NCBI GenBank assembly: GCA_951406725.2
Contig: OX597828.1
Location: forward strand, 11,966,001-12,030,000
From: Octopus vulgaris
Lineage: Eukaryota
Direction: 5' to 3'
Length of the DNA: 64,000 bases
Position 1 is the first letter of the stretch; each line of letters opens with the position of its first letter. The notes under the pieces are model-generated. The model did not search any database and had not been told where the DNA came from. It saw only the letters and a list, made by a program, of their open reading frames with translations. Both the position numbers and the translations under genes were made by a program. This document shows, piece after piece, positions 40,941 to 57,016 of the stretch.

Positions 40941-41779
40941 AATCTTTCAGTTTCCGTCTACCAAATCGACTCTGAAGTCTTTGGTTAATAGTAGAGCAAC
41001 AGTAAAGCACACTTAGCCGAGGTACCACGAAGTGGGACTGAACCCAGTACCATTTGGGTGGGAAGCAAAAGATATTTGAGAAGTACTTGTTAGCTCCTTA
41101 GAATAGGGTAGCAAATCCAAACTAAATCATTATTGAAATTTTCACCCAGTAATGCGTATTTGCCCCGAAATGTTTATTCATTTGTCTATATATTTTGTTT
41201 TGTTTGTTTTATTCTATGAGAGCTTATTGACTGTTGTCTTCGCTATCTACAAGCTGTGACCCAAAACATTCTTAGTTAAATCATTCACAACAAATCTTTT
41301 ATCATGCACTTAACAGATGTCTATTTCTTATCTGCAAGCTATGATGCATTAACTCTTATTTTTTAAACAAATACATGCAGCAGAATAAAACTGGTGCAGT
41401 GCTGTTTCTGGGTGGTCCATTTTATTGGAACTGTAAACAACCATGCTAAGCGCATAGAATAACCATAAACTAGAATTCTTAATACCAAAATTGATAATGG
41501 AATACTCCTAGCACTCAAAGACGATACAATAGTAATTTCACTTTTTTATTTACCAACACGTATTGTCACATTTTATCGTTAAAAAATATAGGCTTTATTG
41601 TATAATGTAGTTTTTGTGGTAGAATATATTGTAATACCAAAACTTTATTTCCTTTTTCTTCCTACTCCCTCTCTCTCTCCTCTCTCCTCTCTCTCTTTCC
41701 TTCTCCCTGAAAACAAGTGCATATTAGCGACACAATAATATTTGCAGTGGTGCTCTTCCCATTAAACCTTCCATTAACC

Positions 41780-42270
41780 GCAACATTCACTTGACTTTAG
41801 TTTCACAAGCATAGATAAAAACGCTTTTACACGTCACGAATTATTTATTTATTAAAGTGTCCTTGAGCCAAGCAAATCAAAATGTTGACACAAGACTAAA
41901 CCGTTCTGCTTAATTTCAAACACGATAAGAAACCTCAACAACTTCACTTCACTCCTGGGGTTTCAGATTGCGATAGACACCTTTAAAACGGCTGAGAACA
42001 GTCAGACCAAACTCAACTGATTTGAAGAACTTGTTTATTTCTAGTATATCCATGTTGTTTAAAATATATTTTAACTAGCTACAGATGTTTATAAAACTCA
42101 GATTTATCTACAGATACTTCAGTTAAATAAATCAGCGACTAGATAGTTAATAATGTACTTATTTAAAACATTTTCCTGCACCTACATCCGGATTACTGTT
42201 CTATAAACTGTTTTGCATCACTCATTGATTACACAATTGGATGTTACAGTATATATCCATCTGCATTATC
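41780..42270 (+). pseudogene. Degenerate LRR ectodomain remnant
   Basis: FTSIDKNAFT, TDLKNLFISS and NCFASLI/TQLDVT in different frames. Confidence 0.4.
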
Positions 42271-42753
42271 TCATCTCATCATCATTTAACAAAAGAAGCA
42301 GGTTTTGTAATGAATATTATACATCCGACTTAATATGAATGCGTTGGGTATAACGCCGGAAGCTGCGGTAATCGCCCAGAGAAATCATCTCATATAGACG
42401 GAAGGTGCTACAGAAGCACAGATTACATCTGCAAACGAATTTTTCGTCAGTCCCAGTGTAAATGACGCTTGCTCAGCAAAACGCATCCAAACATCGTATG
42501 CGTGAGCAAAAATCTGTGAAACCGCTGTTCAACTAAATCGTTTATCGGATTTTCAACTTAGCATTCGGTGGTAAGGTTCTTGTTGCTAAGGTAGCGCAAT
42601 CTATGTTGAAATCACATGATGCAGCAGTCCTGTCAGATGTTGCTGACGACATCTAACATCTGTACGAAATGATTTCTGAGAACAATTAATGCAGCCTACA
42701 TCAGCCAAATCAGTACATCCACAAACATATACACACACACATACACACATATG

Positions 42754-42822
<69 letters not shown>

Positions 42823-43109
42823 GTATGTATACATGTATATATATACATATACATATATACGACGAGTTTCTTTCAGTTTCCGTCTACCAAATTCACTCAC
42901 AAGGCTTTGGTCGGCCCAAGGCTATAGTAGAAGACACTTGCCCAATGTGCCACGCAGTGGGAATGAACCCAGGAGCATGTTGTTGGTAGGCAAGCTACTT
43001 ACCACACAGCCACACCTGCGCCTATAAATATTTAAGAAATATTTTAACTATTGTCAGTACGTTTTCAACTTCTATTTTTCTATATTTCTACTAGTGTAGT
43101 AGAAAACAA

Positions 43110-43156
<47 letters not shown>

Positions 43157-43899
43157 AAATACACAATACATGTCTTTAAGTACAACTAATAGTTTTCAGG
43201 CACAAACTACATATCATAATGAACCAATAGAAACGCTAAAAGCTAAGAAAGCAGCATATAGAAAACACGGAAGGTTAAAAAACGGGAAACGGAAAAGTAA
43301 AAAATAAAACACATAAAAAATAAAAAAATATAAAGTGTTATCTTCCTTAGACCTTAAAATATAAGGTTGGAATGTATGTATGTATGTATGCATGTATATA
43401 TGTATGTATGTATGTATGTATATATGTATGTATGTATTTATGTATGTATGTATGTATGTATGTATGTATGTTGTATGTATGTATGTATGTATGTATGTAT
43501 GTATGCATGTATGTATGTATGTATGTATGTATGTATGTATGTACATGTACGTTCGTATTTAAGTATGTGCATAATATAAGTATACTTATATGCATTTATA
43601 TATATATATAGAACATACATGGACAACACCAGATACTGCACTCTGACGAAAGTGAAGTATGCACAATACTGAAGCGGTTGGATTATGTACTCACCTCATA
43701 TGCAATGAGCGTTAAAACTAGACAGTCTCAGAGTCTCCAACTACAGGAAGGTAAAGAAGCGCATAGAGTTTCATTCTCAGTAGTCAATCAGCCCATTCCG
43801 GCGTTGGCTGAAGTACCAGTTGGGAGTCTTGAACCATGGTATAACAGCACCCTTAATGACACTGAATGAGGAAATGACACCAACCATTGGTTGGTCTCA

Positions 43900-44640
43900 T
43901 TTCCTCTTCTTCTGCAGACATTAGACTAAAGTGGCCTCACTGAATTCTATAGCGCCTGCGGTTCATGCTGATACCAAATCTCTATTGGCCTTGACTGATA
44001 CATGATATCCGAACTGCTATTGTGGAGGCTAGAATAAATTGATACATAACTAAATGACTTGACGTCCCATCTAATCTCTGTTGCCTTCCGCTCTATCCAA
44101 GTAACGGTGAAGCGACCTCTAAGTCAATCGTAGATGAATACAAGGCTGGAAAAGCAAGACACTTGGTGTATACTTTGGGGTTCCGGCGATAGAGTCATAA
44201 GAAACTTTCAAACCAAGCTGAAAACTAACAGGAGACATAGGGTTCAGGGGGCAGTGAATGCAGTGAAATCGAGAACTGAGTTCAGAGAAATAATGGATAC
44301 TCTGAGACTAGTAGACAAAGAATAGGTTCGAGGAAATGGAGTTCCAATGTAATAGGAATATCTAGGAGGGACAGAGAATGTTAAGAGAATCCAGAAGGGA
44401 GTCCACCAAGGCCAACATAAACAACGTGGGACAGTGCAACCTAGAGACGTGGCTACTCTTAGAGTCAGCTTTATCTCCAGGTTCGTATGTGAACTCCTGC
44501 CCTCAAATAAAAACCTGGAGAGGCAGAAAAAATCGGGTCATCCTATGAGCCCACTCTGCCATGGTAAACAAACGATGGAGGAGATTAAGGGGTTATTTGG
44601 GTGCTGATGAAGGAGAAAATCTCCCAAAATATAGCATAAA
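43900..44640 (-). mobile_element. Possible highly degenerate PLE fragment with adjacent opposite-strand HHR remnant
   Basis: Weak pre-RT-like pieces (SDI / KANR / MNRRRY). CTGATGA-a-GGAG aaaat CTCC-CAAA at 44604-44628 (+), with G12 lost. Confidence 0.3.
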
Positions 44641-44890
44641 CACTCATTACCCTTTTTTCATTTTCGATCTCAATGTTTGTTTACAACTGACGTCTCGAAT
44701 AGGGAAATGCCGTAACAAAAATTAGTGATAGCTATTATTTCTATAGAATATCTGTGCAGATAACCTTAGCAAGTAAAGTAAAGAGCACTGCTAACACAGG
44801 AGAACACGGTGTTGACTTATAAAGACGTAATATGCGTTATGGAATGTTATGGTTGCATAGCGACATACTGCGAGCTACAACTCACCAATA

Positions 44891-44932
<42 letters not shown>

Positions 44933-45466
44933 GTATGTATGTATGTATATACGTATGTATGTTTGCTTCCATTTTATTTTATTCACTACCTCAGAAACTT
45001 TCTTTGAGACGTTGTTCTTTCACGCATCCCCCCCCCCCCCGTACACCGGATTATAAAACCTCCTACAGTTCTCAGCCATAATTGTGAAACTCTTGGCAGA
45101 AATTCTCAGATTTATGTGGATAGATTTGTATACGCGCATCTCATTGGTTGTTCGTTCTCCTAATAGGAATAGTTGGTGAAGAGAAATAAAATAAAATAAA
45201 ATAAAATAAAATGAAATTCGATATCATGTAATGTTTTTACATTTATTTCATTCGGTTTACTTCAGTTTTTGCTTTATCTCATTATATCTATAAAGTTCTT
45301 CATGTTCGTATACAAGAGAAGCAGTTTCGATGTTGGTTTAAACTCTTCAGTAGTTACGTATCTATTACGTCGTTCACATCACACATGAAAACATTTGATA
45401 AAGAGGATAACAGAAGCCTGCAAAGAGTATTTGCTGGAAATATTTAACCAAGAAATAAATATACAG

Positions 45467-45608
<142 letters not shown>

Positions 45609-45923
45609 ACTAAACTAAAGGTTAAACGAAATATCAATCTTATCATTTTCATTTCACAGAATATCAAAAGCTAGGATAAATTTCACGAAGCACAATAGAA
45701 TTCGTTATTGAAATCTTCGATCGCAAAGATATTTAGGAACGAATATGGAGTAAAAGTAACGGAGTTGACAATGCTAGAGAGCGAGATGTAACTAGATTCT
45801 AGGGAGATAATACAGGAATGTCAAAAGAGAAAAATAATGAAGACAGAGCACAATAAAAGACAGAGTGGTAATGAGATAATTAGAAGAAAAGAACATGTAA
45901 GATACGTATGTACTTATACAATG

Positions 45924-45965
<42 letters not shown>

Positions 45966-46184
45966 GAGAATGCTAGTTAAAGTGTCACCATTTCATATTT
46001 TTAACTTCACTTCACGCATGCACATTGTTTGTTTTTTTATTTTGTCGAATACACAGTATCGTAGGGTCAGTTGGGCACAGCTCCAACACGCAATTCACTC
46101 TGCGCGAAATTTGAAATCGACATGCTGTACTGCTTGGCATTCGCACCAGATGCTTACACACAAGCACAAAACAATCGTTGGCGT

Positions 46185-46690
46185 GCCATGTCCCCAAAAC
46201 ATGTACTGAGAACGATAAAAATTAAACATCATGGAGATGGGAGTGATCACTAATGATGGCGGTGTTATACCTCCATTCATTTTCCCACACGACCTCAGAC
46301 TCAATCGGAGTGCTTGGAGAAGGTAGTGCTGACCTGGGTCAAGAGGGTGGCTGACAGAAGACCCAATGTGTGGAACAGGAATTTTGCACCATGCCACATA
46401 GGCAGGAGAATCTAGTCATGGCTGTCATGCAATTTCTGTAACCACACCACCCCTAACATCTGGCCACCAAACTCTCCAGACTGCAAACCCCTTGATCATT
46501 ATGTGTAGGGCTCAGATGAGCGAGAGACCAACAAAACTCCCTGTAAAACCAAAGATGATCTGAAGGCAAGGATTATGGCAGCATTTACCAACTTAAACAA
46601 GGAGACTGTCCAGAAGAGTTGTAAGATATTCCGAAGTCGTCTGGAAGTCGTGGTTGAAGCAATGGTGAATTTATTGAGCAAATTTGCGTT
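46185..46690 (+). mobile_element. Tc1/mariner (maT/DD37D-like) transposase remnant
   Basis: IPPFIF, CLEKVVLTWVKRVA...FAPCH, WPPNSPDCKPLDHYV*G, DDLKARIMAAF...FRSRLEVVVEA. Subfamily assignment is inferred. Confidence 0.85.
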
Positions 46691-47445
46691 TTAATATTTT
46701 AAGATATTTTTATGTAATGTCCGTGTTATTTCGTTTTTGCCTAATTGTGTGTATGTATGTGTGTGTGTCTGTGTGTTTGTATGTGTGTGTGTATGATTAT
46801 CTGCAGTAATGGCTCAAGGGCCAGAACGTCCAGAATGGAGGACAGGGGCAATCCTTGGCGTACGATGCTGAACCGCACGATGCTGAACGACTCTAAAAGA
46901 TGACCGTTCATCCGAACTACCGATTTAATTTTTCTGAATAAAACAATGATCCAACCACGGAAATCCGAATCAAACTAAGCCGCTTCGAAGACTCCCGCAA
47001 GATAGCGATGGTCAACCCTATAGAATGCTTTAGACTGATCTAAATTTATCAGTACCTCTCCCATGCCAAGATTATTAACCAATTTGTCGTATATTTCTGG
47101 GTGTTTTCTGGGTTCCCCTCCTCCTGTTCACGACAGCAAGTGCTGGGAGCATTTCTTAGTACAATAAGAGCCTGTTCTTATTGAGGGGCGTGTCTATATT
47201 TTGGGTGGGAGTCATAATTTCAAAAAATTGTATGTAAATTACACAAGAAATTGCAAATAAGTTCAATTCGATACTTCCCCTTGCTAAGCACGTTTAGAAT
47301 CGATACTTCCCCTTGCTACGAACAAACTTCAGAAACAATAACACAATTTAGATAGAAAAATAGTAGAACTCACGAGAAGAAAAACACACGTCCGGTCGGT
47401 CGAAATTGTCGAAAACGAATCCGTAGTTTAACGGCGAGGGAACCC

Positions 47446-48411
<966 letters not shown>

Positions 48412-48545
48412 ACAATTGGTATTGACATATACATTGCATACAAATGTATTCAAGGCAATACATAGCTCATGTATATCTTTATAGTGAGTTTCTGGTGGTT
48501 ATCGAGCCTTGGCCCTGACTTTAGCAAGTGGCATTATATACCCTA

Positions 48546-48615
<70 letters not shown>

Positions 48616-50142
48616 GCACATACAGAGAGTGAGAGGGAAATAAAGAGATAGATAGATGGATAAATAGATAAAATGAAAGATAGATACAAAAAAGAGAAAG
48701 AGAGAGAGATACGCGTATATTTATATACAAGCGCGTGCGTGTGTATATTTGTGTGTACGTAGAAACGCAAGCAACATGGCAGCTATGTATATTCATAAAG
48801 GTATGTGAGGAAGAAAGTGACAGTTAAAAAATCGATTAAGAAAAATGATGTGTGACAAGAAACAGGTTGTTGTAGTTGTAAATCCTAAATTAGCTCAGAT
48901 TCAGCAATAAGCACAACATCATATTATTCTAGTATGCCACTTGAAACAACCCACAAATCCATTCTTCCACGGTCACTATGACTTTGCCTAAACGAGGACC
49001 ATAGTGTTGTGCAGTGAAGAATTGTATGGGGTGCAGTGTGACATTCTAGACTTGCTTTGCTCTCTTCACTCTGCGTGTACAGAGTTATTCCAAAGTCTAC
49101 GAAGGAGTTTCCAACGCAGTACTGTCGTCAACTAGAATTTGAAAATAAATCTGCTTCAAATTTCATGCAAGTAATTTAAACCTAGAGAAAATATTGTGTG
49201 GATGAATACAGAATAGAATGTACTAGCAAAAAGAAGGCTAGGACACTGATGTTTTAGAGAATGCTCGCTCGATGAAAATTCGACTCGCAGAAAAGCAAAG
49301 GAAAAAAAGTTTATAGAGATCTGTCAATGAAAAATACATCAAAGCGTATGCGAGGAGTCAAATGCAATCTGATATTGAGACAAAACAAATATATGTCCAC
49401 ACTACGCATGCGTATGCGTAGAGATAGCAAGGACAGAAAGGTAATCAAGGATCACGGCTTCTCTCAATAATGACAGTAGAAGCAAGAAGAGGTCGTGACT
49501 GTGAGGCTTGATAGAATTAGAAGGAAGATATTTGTTCGATAATGCATTAATGAAACAAACATTCGAAAGGCGTTTCTTCAGTCTTCAGATATGAAGTATT
49601 ACTTGGTACAATTAAAGCTACTTATAAAGGCTGCGAGCTGGCAGATTCGTTACTACGCCGGGCGAAATTCTTAGCAGCATTTCGTCCGTCTTTACGTTCT
49701 GAGTCCAAGTTATACCGAGGTTGATTTTGCCTATTTTCCTTTTGCAATTGATAAAATAATTACCAGTTACTCACTGGAGTCGATGTAATCGACTTACCCA
49801 CTTCTCTGAAACTGATGACCTTGTGCCAAAATTTGAAACCATTGATTAACGTCACATATCAGAAGATGAACAGGGAAGTGGCTTGACAAAAAGTCCACTC
49901 ACGATTTTCGTGGCACCTTGAATTTTGTTTCAACATTGCAAACATGTGACTATTTTTTTTATGTGTATATCAAGGTCTGTTTGGCCAGTGTATCATTCCC
50001 TTAATACAGTAAAGCATGGTTTGAAAGAAATTGGTTGTTATTTCTAGTTGATTGAGCAACAGCACAAAGGCTAACTCAACATTGAACTATATGTGGATAT
50101 TGAATAATTAGCTTAAATTGTGTGTAACTGGAGTTTACTATT

Positions 50143-51100
50143 ATGAACATGTGCAACTGTAGTCCTGAAGATAAATGCACAAGCATAGTTTATGTAACGG
50201 GAGCGTTTGAAAGGTCAGGACTAGGTGCAGCGAGCGACATGGGAGCTCCCGAGCAAAACACTTCAATTGTTCTTTTGTTCAATTGTTCAATTGTTCAAGG
50301 AAAAGTCAAAATGTCCGCTAATGGTTACTGGATATGCTCCAAAAGGAAAGAAGTGGTAAGCACTGAAAAGTTTAATGAACAAGGGGTTGTAAGATATGAA
50401 CTGACAGGCGGAAAATTAGTATAAAAGAGGAGAATGTTCTCATGGATGCATGTGGGGAGGCTACGTTTGTATGTATTAGGGGTGTGATGTTTCTGTTTAT
50501 TATTCATATTAGGTCAACATGCAAAAATGGGTTGCATTTCCCAGATATAAAAGGAAAGTTGCTTACCCTATCATTGTGTCTTCTTTGCTTTTTTAAAGTG
50601 ACCTTCACATTAACATCCGCGTAGCATATTTGTTTCCACTGCACACAAACTCTCCCATCATATTATTGTGATCTAACACAACTCGCTTTCTACACAAATG
50701 AGAGCCCTACCCAAACTTTGGGATTCTCATTCTCTTTTGGTAGAAGAGCATGTTAAATATTATAAATTTTATTCAAAGGATACGTTACCGAAGTAGACCA
50801 GCTAAGATTTTCTTAATTTCCTGGGGTTCATATGTTTTTACTTTAAAAACAATCCATACAAATTTCCCATATAAATGAACTAAAATAAACAGAGGCCTGT
50901 AGGTAACATAACAAGAGAAGAAGCCAGTTGATATGTCAAGGTTAGACAGGGCTTTTAGCTCTTCCTGTTATTCTTTGTACATATTGCGAAATTGCTGCAC
51001 TTTCAATAAAGACTTCAAAATGAAATTACAGTTTGCAGATTTCCTGCATATCACATATGTTATCATTCACGCAGTGTCTTCCTGTTCTGACAACAACTCG
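50143..51100 (+). pseudogene. Degenerate LRR receptor remnant
   Basis: MCNCSPEDKC (LRR-NT-like), KLSHHIIVI, ALPKLW/ILILFG and FYFKNNPY (LRR-CT entry-like). Confidence 0.4.
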
Positions 51101-51273
51101 ACTTACAAGGAATGATTAATAACCACCAGTATTCGGTAAATGAGTAAATAATGAAATATCTTTTAAGACTGTGAAGATTATGTCATCTCTCCCAATAAAA
51201 CTGCCTTCATAATAAATTAAGAATTCTTCTAATAACAATACTCATTTACTACCACTACTACTACTACTACTAC

Positions 51274-51351
<78 letters not shown>

Positions 51352-51380
51352 TACTCATTTACTACTACTACTAATAATAC

Positions 51381-51412
<32 letters not shown>

Positions 51413-51736
51413 ATGACGGTTTCTAGCATTTTTTCTATTGAAGATAAGTCATAATGATGATGACAACGATGACGACGACGACGAGGAGGAGGGGAAGGAG
51501 GAGGAGGAGGGGAAGGAGGAGGAGGAGGGGAAGGAGGGAGGAGAGGAGGAGGATAGTTTCCAGTATTTCCATTTCTATTGAAATTCTATGTTTAACTGCT
51601 GAAGCAATAACTGGAATTTGATTTCCCTCTATTTGGTGCATTAAACTTGAATCTAGTGCTTGTATCCACATCGAAAATTTAATAATTAACACCATCTTAA
51701 CTCGTATAACTTTACTCCTTCCACCATATATATATA

Positions 51737-52145
51737 CTAGCAGTATCGCCCGGCGTTGCTCGGGTTTGTAAGGGAAATAACTATATAAGCATTTTTAGAG
51801 ATGTAAAGTATAATAGCCATCTCAATATAGCTAACCACAAAGGAAGGGGGTGTTACTGTTGCTTTTTACGTTCTAAGATTTAATAATAAATTTTTAGAGA
51901 GTTACTTCCCTTATATATGCCAAAAATGCATTAACAATGGGAAAAATTGATGGTAAATTTTTTTTTTAATCGTAGACTCATCGTAGACTCATCGTAGACG
52001 TGCGCTAATACCCAGAAGGGCTCGATATGAATCACGACTATAAGATACCTGGTTTTGGTTAAACTGCACGGCAAAATGTGGGAGTAGTTAGGAATCTAAA
52101 TCGTAGGAGACAGACAGCACACAACCTCACTTTTATATATAAAGA
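51737..52145 (-). mobile_element. Non-autonomous Helitron, complete
   Basis: Minus strand: A|TC...cccgagcaacgccggg hairpin...CTAG|T, with no TSD. Confidence 0.9.
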
Positions 52146-52246
52146 TATATATATATGCATGCATATATATATGTATATATATGTGAGTGTGTGCGTATAT
52201 ATGCACATACACATGCACACACACACATACACACACACACACACAC

Positions 52247-52301
<55 letters not shown>

Positions 52302-52304
<3 letters not shown>

Positions 52305-52505
52305 TCGCCATGATAGATCGTTAGCCACTACACACATTTTTTTCTCTTCTCGTTTCTCTCCTTGTTTTTTCTGTGTTCCTTTCTGTAGAAGAGCGTAGGC
52401 TCGAAACGTAAAAGTCTTTTTTCTATTCCTGAGCGTTATACTAATACATCTGTTTGTTTTGTACACCACCTGTCTTCGTCTTTTGTTTTTTTCGTAAACC
52501 CTCCC
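52302..52505 (+). mobile_element. PLE pLTR with HHR variant (52379-52414)
   Basis: cttt-CTGTAGA-a-GAGC gtag GCTC-GAAAC GTA-aaag. Related reverse copy near 29115-29165. Confidence 0.7.
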
Positions 52506-52579
<74 letters not shown>

Positions 52580-52580
<1 letters not shown>

Positions 52581-54440
52581 ACACACCTTGATCGAGATAC
52601 ACATATCTGCTCACCTATTCTGTTTCATCTCCTCCGACTGCTACGATTGCTACGCCATCAGACCTTATCGCTTTCGTTTCTACCTTTCGTACTTTCCCTG
52701 AGTTCACCTCTGTGATCTCCGACACTTCTGTCGGCTTTCTTGATATCTTTCGCTCTATTGCTCCCCTCATCCACTCTTCCAATACTTCCACCTTTTTCAA
52801 ACATACTGGCTTCCACATCTACCTTAACTTCCACACTAAACGGGCTATTTCCAATTTCTCGATCTCCGATCTCTCTGCGTCCGCGAGCAGGATTTTGAGA
52901 TTCACACTCAATATCTGGCCCTGCAGTTTACTCACCGCGGATACCCCTCTAAATTTGTCCAGGTCACCCTTGCCAGTGGCCGGCAAGTTGATTGCACTAA
53001 AGCCTTCCGCTCATCCGCCTCTCAACTGCATCTTCTTTCCCCTCATTTTCCACTCCTCCACTTTACCCCCATTGTCAGAAAATCATACTAGCCTTCCACC
53101 GTCTTCAATCAGATCACACTTTCCTCCCTGTTTTTCCCAATTCCTCCTTGCCTTCCTTCAAATGCGTCCGTAACCTAAGCGACTTACTGGTTCCTAACTC
53201 CTTTCCTTCCTCTACTGCTACTCATCCTTCTCGAGCTCCAGACCTCATTGCCACACCTGTCCATTCATTACCAACATCACCTCTCTCACTAGAACTAACC
53301 AACACTCTATATGTAGTACTCTTACATATCTTCCAATCTTTTCTATTGCATTCAATGCACTCTTTGTGACTGTCAATATGTCGGTCAATCGGGCCGTAGA
53401 CTAGCCGACCGATTTATCGAACATCTATGGGATATCTGCCTGCGAATAAATAATTCCACTGCCGATCATTTTTGCTCTGCCAGCTCTTTCCACTAGCCGA
53501 TTCCCTGTCTTAGGCCTCACCTTGCACCATGGAACCATCACCACCAGACTTCGTCTTGAACAGCGCTACATCAGCTCTCTTCAAACCCATATACCGTCTG
53601 GACTGAACATCCCACTCTTTCCAGTAACATATTTCATAACAAAAAATTAATTTTAAATTTTCATATTTTAATTTTGATTTTTTAATCTTAATATTTTAAA
53701 TTTAATTCATTCTTAATTTTAATTCATCATCCGCGCACTTCCACACACCCACATACATGGTTTGCAAACCCACCACCACCACCAAATACTACAAACATAC
53801 CTACCGCACACACACCCACACGTTTGATATCTTGGCATGTAGAAAAAATCCTTCGTGCACACCAGACATATACACACACACAGATATATACACACGCGCA
53901 GACATATACACACTCACACACGCACGCACACGCAAACATATATAAACACAAATACATACACACACTCATACACATGCAATCACACACGCATATGCACACA
54001 CAAAAACACATACACACACACACACACAGCAACACCAACGGCCTCACGTTCTTGACACCTCACCTGTAACCACCAAATAATCTAATTGCGATCGTTAACC
54101 TGTTCACACCACTTCCGCACGCATACATCACTTACATAAAAAACAAACACACATGCGCACACACATAACACCACACTCGCTCTGTCCATTTCCTTCTCGA
54201 GCTCCTGCCTTAGAAATTCATTTTCTCTATCTCTCCCTGCTTCCGATCTCTTCATCTATATGACCCTACTGTGGTTTTCCTCCTCTCAGGACCTTTCATT
54301 TCCCCTCTTTCTGATGAAGAGGTATACTCGAAACGTTATGCATTCACTCGTTCTTTCCATCTACTGAGTTTCAACCTAATATATTCATGCTGTACGTCCT
54401 TTTGACTTTGGTTGATTTGTTATTTAAAATTTTAGATTAG
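52580..54440 (+). mobile_element. Penelope-like element (RT C-terminus, GIY-YIG, pLTR with HHR at 54307-54341), degenerate
   Basis: FTSVISDTSVGFLDI, FKHTG.HIYLNF, RGYP, QYVGQSGRRLADRFIEHL, RLEQRYISSLQTHIPSGLN, and CTGATGA-a-GAG gtata CTC-GAAACGTT. Confidence 0.85.
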
Positions 54441-54450
54441 CTTGTATATA

Positions 54451-54528
<78 letters not shown>

Positions 54529-54530
<2 letters not shown>

Positions 54531-54938
54531 CCCAGGAGTGGCTGTGTAGTAAGTAGCTTGTCTACAAACCACATGGTTCCGGGTTCAGTCTCACTGCGTG
54601 GCACCTTGGGCAAGTGTCTTCTACTATAGCCTCGGGCCGACCAAAGCCTTGTGAGTGGATTTGGTAGACGGAAACTGAAAGAAGCCCGTCGTATATATGT
54701 ATATATATATGCGTGTGTGTGTTTGTGCGTCTGTGTTTGTCCCCCTAGCATTGCTTGACAGCCGATGCTGGTGTGTTTATGTCCCCGTTACTTAGCGGTT
54801 CGGCAAAAGAGACCGATAGAATAAGTACTGGGCTTACAAAAGAATAAGTCCCGGAATCGAGTTGCTCGATTAAAGGCGGTGCTCCAGCATGGCCGCAGTC
54901 AAATGACTGAAACAAGTAAAAGAGCAAAGAGCAAAGAG
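54529..54938 (+). mobile_element. SINE family A, well-preserved full-length copy
   Basis: ggcccaggagtggctgtgtagtaag...ggcaccttgggcaagtgtctt (CORE-like)...(aaagagc)n tail. Confidence 0.92.
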
Positions 54939-54939
54939 C

Positions 54940-54995
<56 letters not shown>

Positions 54996-55562
54996 TATTG
55001 TAGTTCGGGAAGGTCACTTTTCTTATTTATTTAGTTTTTTTTGCCAAATAAACACATGCGCTATATATTTTTTTCTGCACTCGTTTAGTGAAGAAAAAAT
55101 ATATATATTGTGTTTGCGTGTGTTTATTTGGCAAGAAAAAATGACCAAACCGAAATACAATATCTGTTTCAACGCAGGATTTCACATCAGGAATCTTACA
55201 AAAACGAAATGATAAACATTATGTATATATATATTTATATCATATATAGTAGAAAGGCAATACTGCTCAGTTATTCGGGCATAAACTGTTCGACGGATTA
55301 AGATGCCCCAGGAGGGTGAAAAAACAGTAGGGCAGTAGAACAGCTCTCCTGGGAAGCCTGAGCTTCGGTAATCAGCAAGTGTGAGTGAGGGGAAAGTATT
55401 TAAAGCGGTGGAGAAACAGCGGGAGGTTGTGGAGAAGAGACATAACATGTAAGAGAGGAATAGAAAGAAAAGGAGACGAGATATTCATTAAGAAATGCAA
55501 ACGACCTCGACAGAACAAGCCTCGATTGTTACCTATTGTATAGCAATGCCACACAGACTGAA

Positions 55563-55645
<83 letters not shown>

Positions 55646-55779
55646 AATATATGTGTGTGTATGCATACTTATATATAAATGTATGTATACGTATACATAA
55701 TATACACACACTTATATATATATACATATATATATATATATGTATATATGTATATGTTCAAAATGTCATTCAAAATATG

Positions 55780-55980
55780 TCCGCGTGTGTACCGTTGGCG
55801 ATTTTTTCCTCTGTCTTCCCTTCTCTGGATCTTTCCTTCTATGTTTCCGACGAAGAGCTCCGCTCGAAACGTTGAACCCTCCTTCTTCCCTTCCTTCCTG
55901 AGCGTCCAATAATACTATATTTGTTCCACGTCCTCGCGTTGTTGTGTTTTCTCTTTGTGTTTTCATGTTTGGATTAACTA
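55780..55980 (+). mobile_element. PLE pLTR with HHR (55843-55877)
   Basis: gttt-CCGACGA-a-GAGC tcc GCTC-GAAAC GTT-gaac; paralogue of 7630-7855. Confidence 0.78.
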
Positions 55981-56201
55981 TATATGTATATATGTATAAT
56001 GTATGTATGCATTTATATACATATATACACATATACATAATACACACACACATACACATATATATATATACATATATACACACATATATGTGTGTGTGTT
56101 TGTTTGTATGTATATACGTATGTATATACAGAGAGAAAATATATATATATTCAGAGAGAGAGAGAGCGAGAGAAGGACAGACACACTAACAGAAACGTAT
56201 G

Positions 56202-56233
<32 letters not shown>

Positions 56234-56259
56234 TGTATGTATGTATGTATGTATGTATG

Positions 56260-56295
<36 letters not shown>

Positions 56296-56396
56296 CATAT
56301 ATATATACATATATATACACATGTTTTAATAAAAATATGTGTAGGTGCGTGTTTGTGTATCTATGTATACATGCACACATATAGATAGATAGATAA

Positions 56397-56470
<74 letters not shown>

Positions 56471-56769
56471 GTATATGCACACATATATGTGTATGTGTGT
56501 GTTTATTAAAGTTCTCTATTGTTTCATGGTAGCCATTAGTTCAATGTTTGCGCTGACTGGTAAATTTGTGGTGGGAGGTGCTCAGTTGACACTTCAACAG
56601 AGATTGTTATGTCAATATGGTAAAGTCATTATTAGGGCAATGTTCTGAACTTCCGGTAATTCTATTGAAAAGCTGTAAATTATTTACAACTGGTGCATTA
56701 ATCGGAATATATTTAATATGACCACTGTTTTGCCTGACCACTGTTTATTTTCCAATGTAATCAAGATAT

Positions 56770-56804
56770 TGATAATAATAACAATAATGATAATGATAAT
56801 AATG

Positions 56805-56856
<52 letters not shown>

Positions 56857-56882
56857 TAATAATGATAATATTGATAATAATG

Positions 56883-56956
<74 letters not shown>

Positions 56957-56969
56957 TAATTCTTTTTAT

Positions 56970-57014
<45 letters not shown>
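56770..57014. repeat. (AAT)n microsatellite
   Basis: Direct observation. Confidence 0.95.

Positions 57015-57016
<2 letters not shown>

Larger units (their letters stand above)
35500..41430 (+). pseudogene. TLR-like pseudogene, tandem unit 3 (interrupted by LINE and SINEs)
   Basis: 39480-39760 is homologous to 31450-31742. TGVQ/NNIPSRDL (39887) matches SGVLQNDIPSLDL (59.3 kb). TIR: [25 protein letters not shown] (41080-41160) and TNTC....FW (41406-41411). Confidence 0.6.

Noticed and set aside
42337-42465. C-type-lectin-like tail (ECVGY...DGRCYRSTDYICKR)
   Set aside because: Short, flanked by stops, with no upstream WIGL-type motif or splice support; likely chance.
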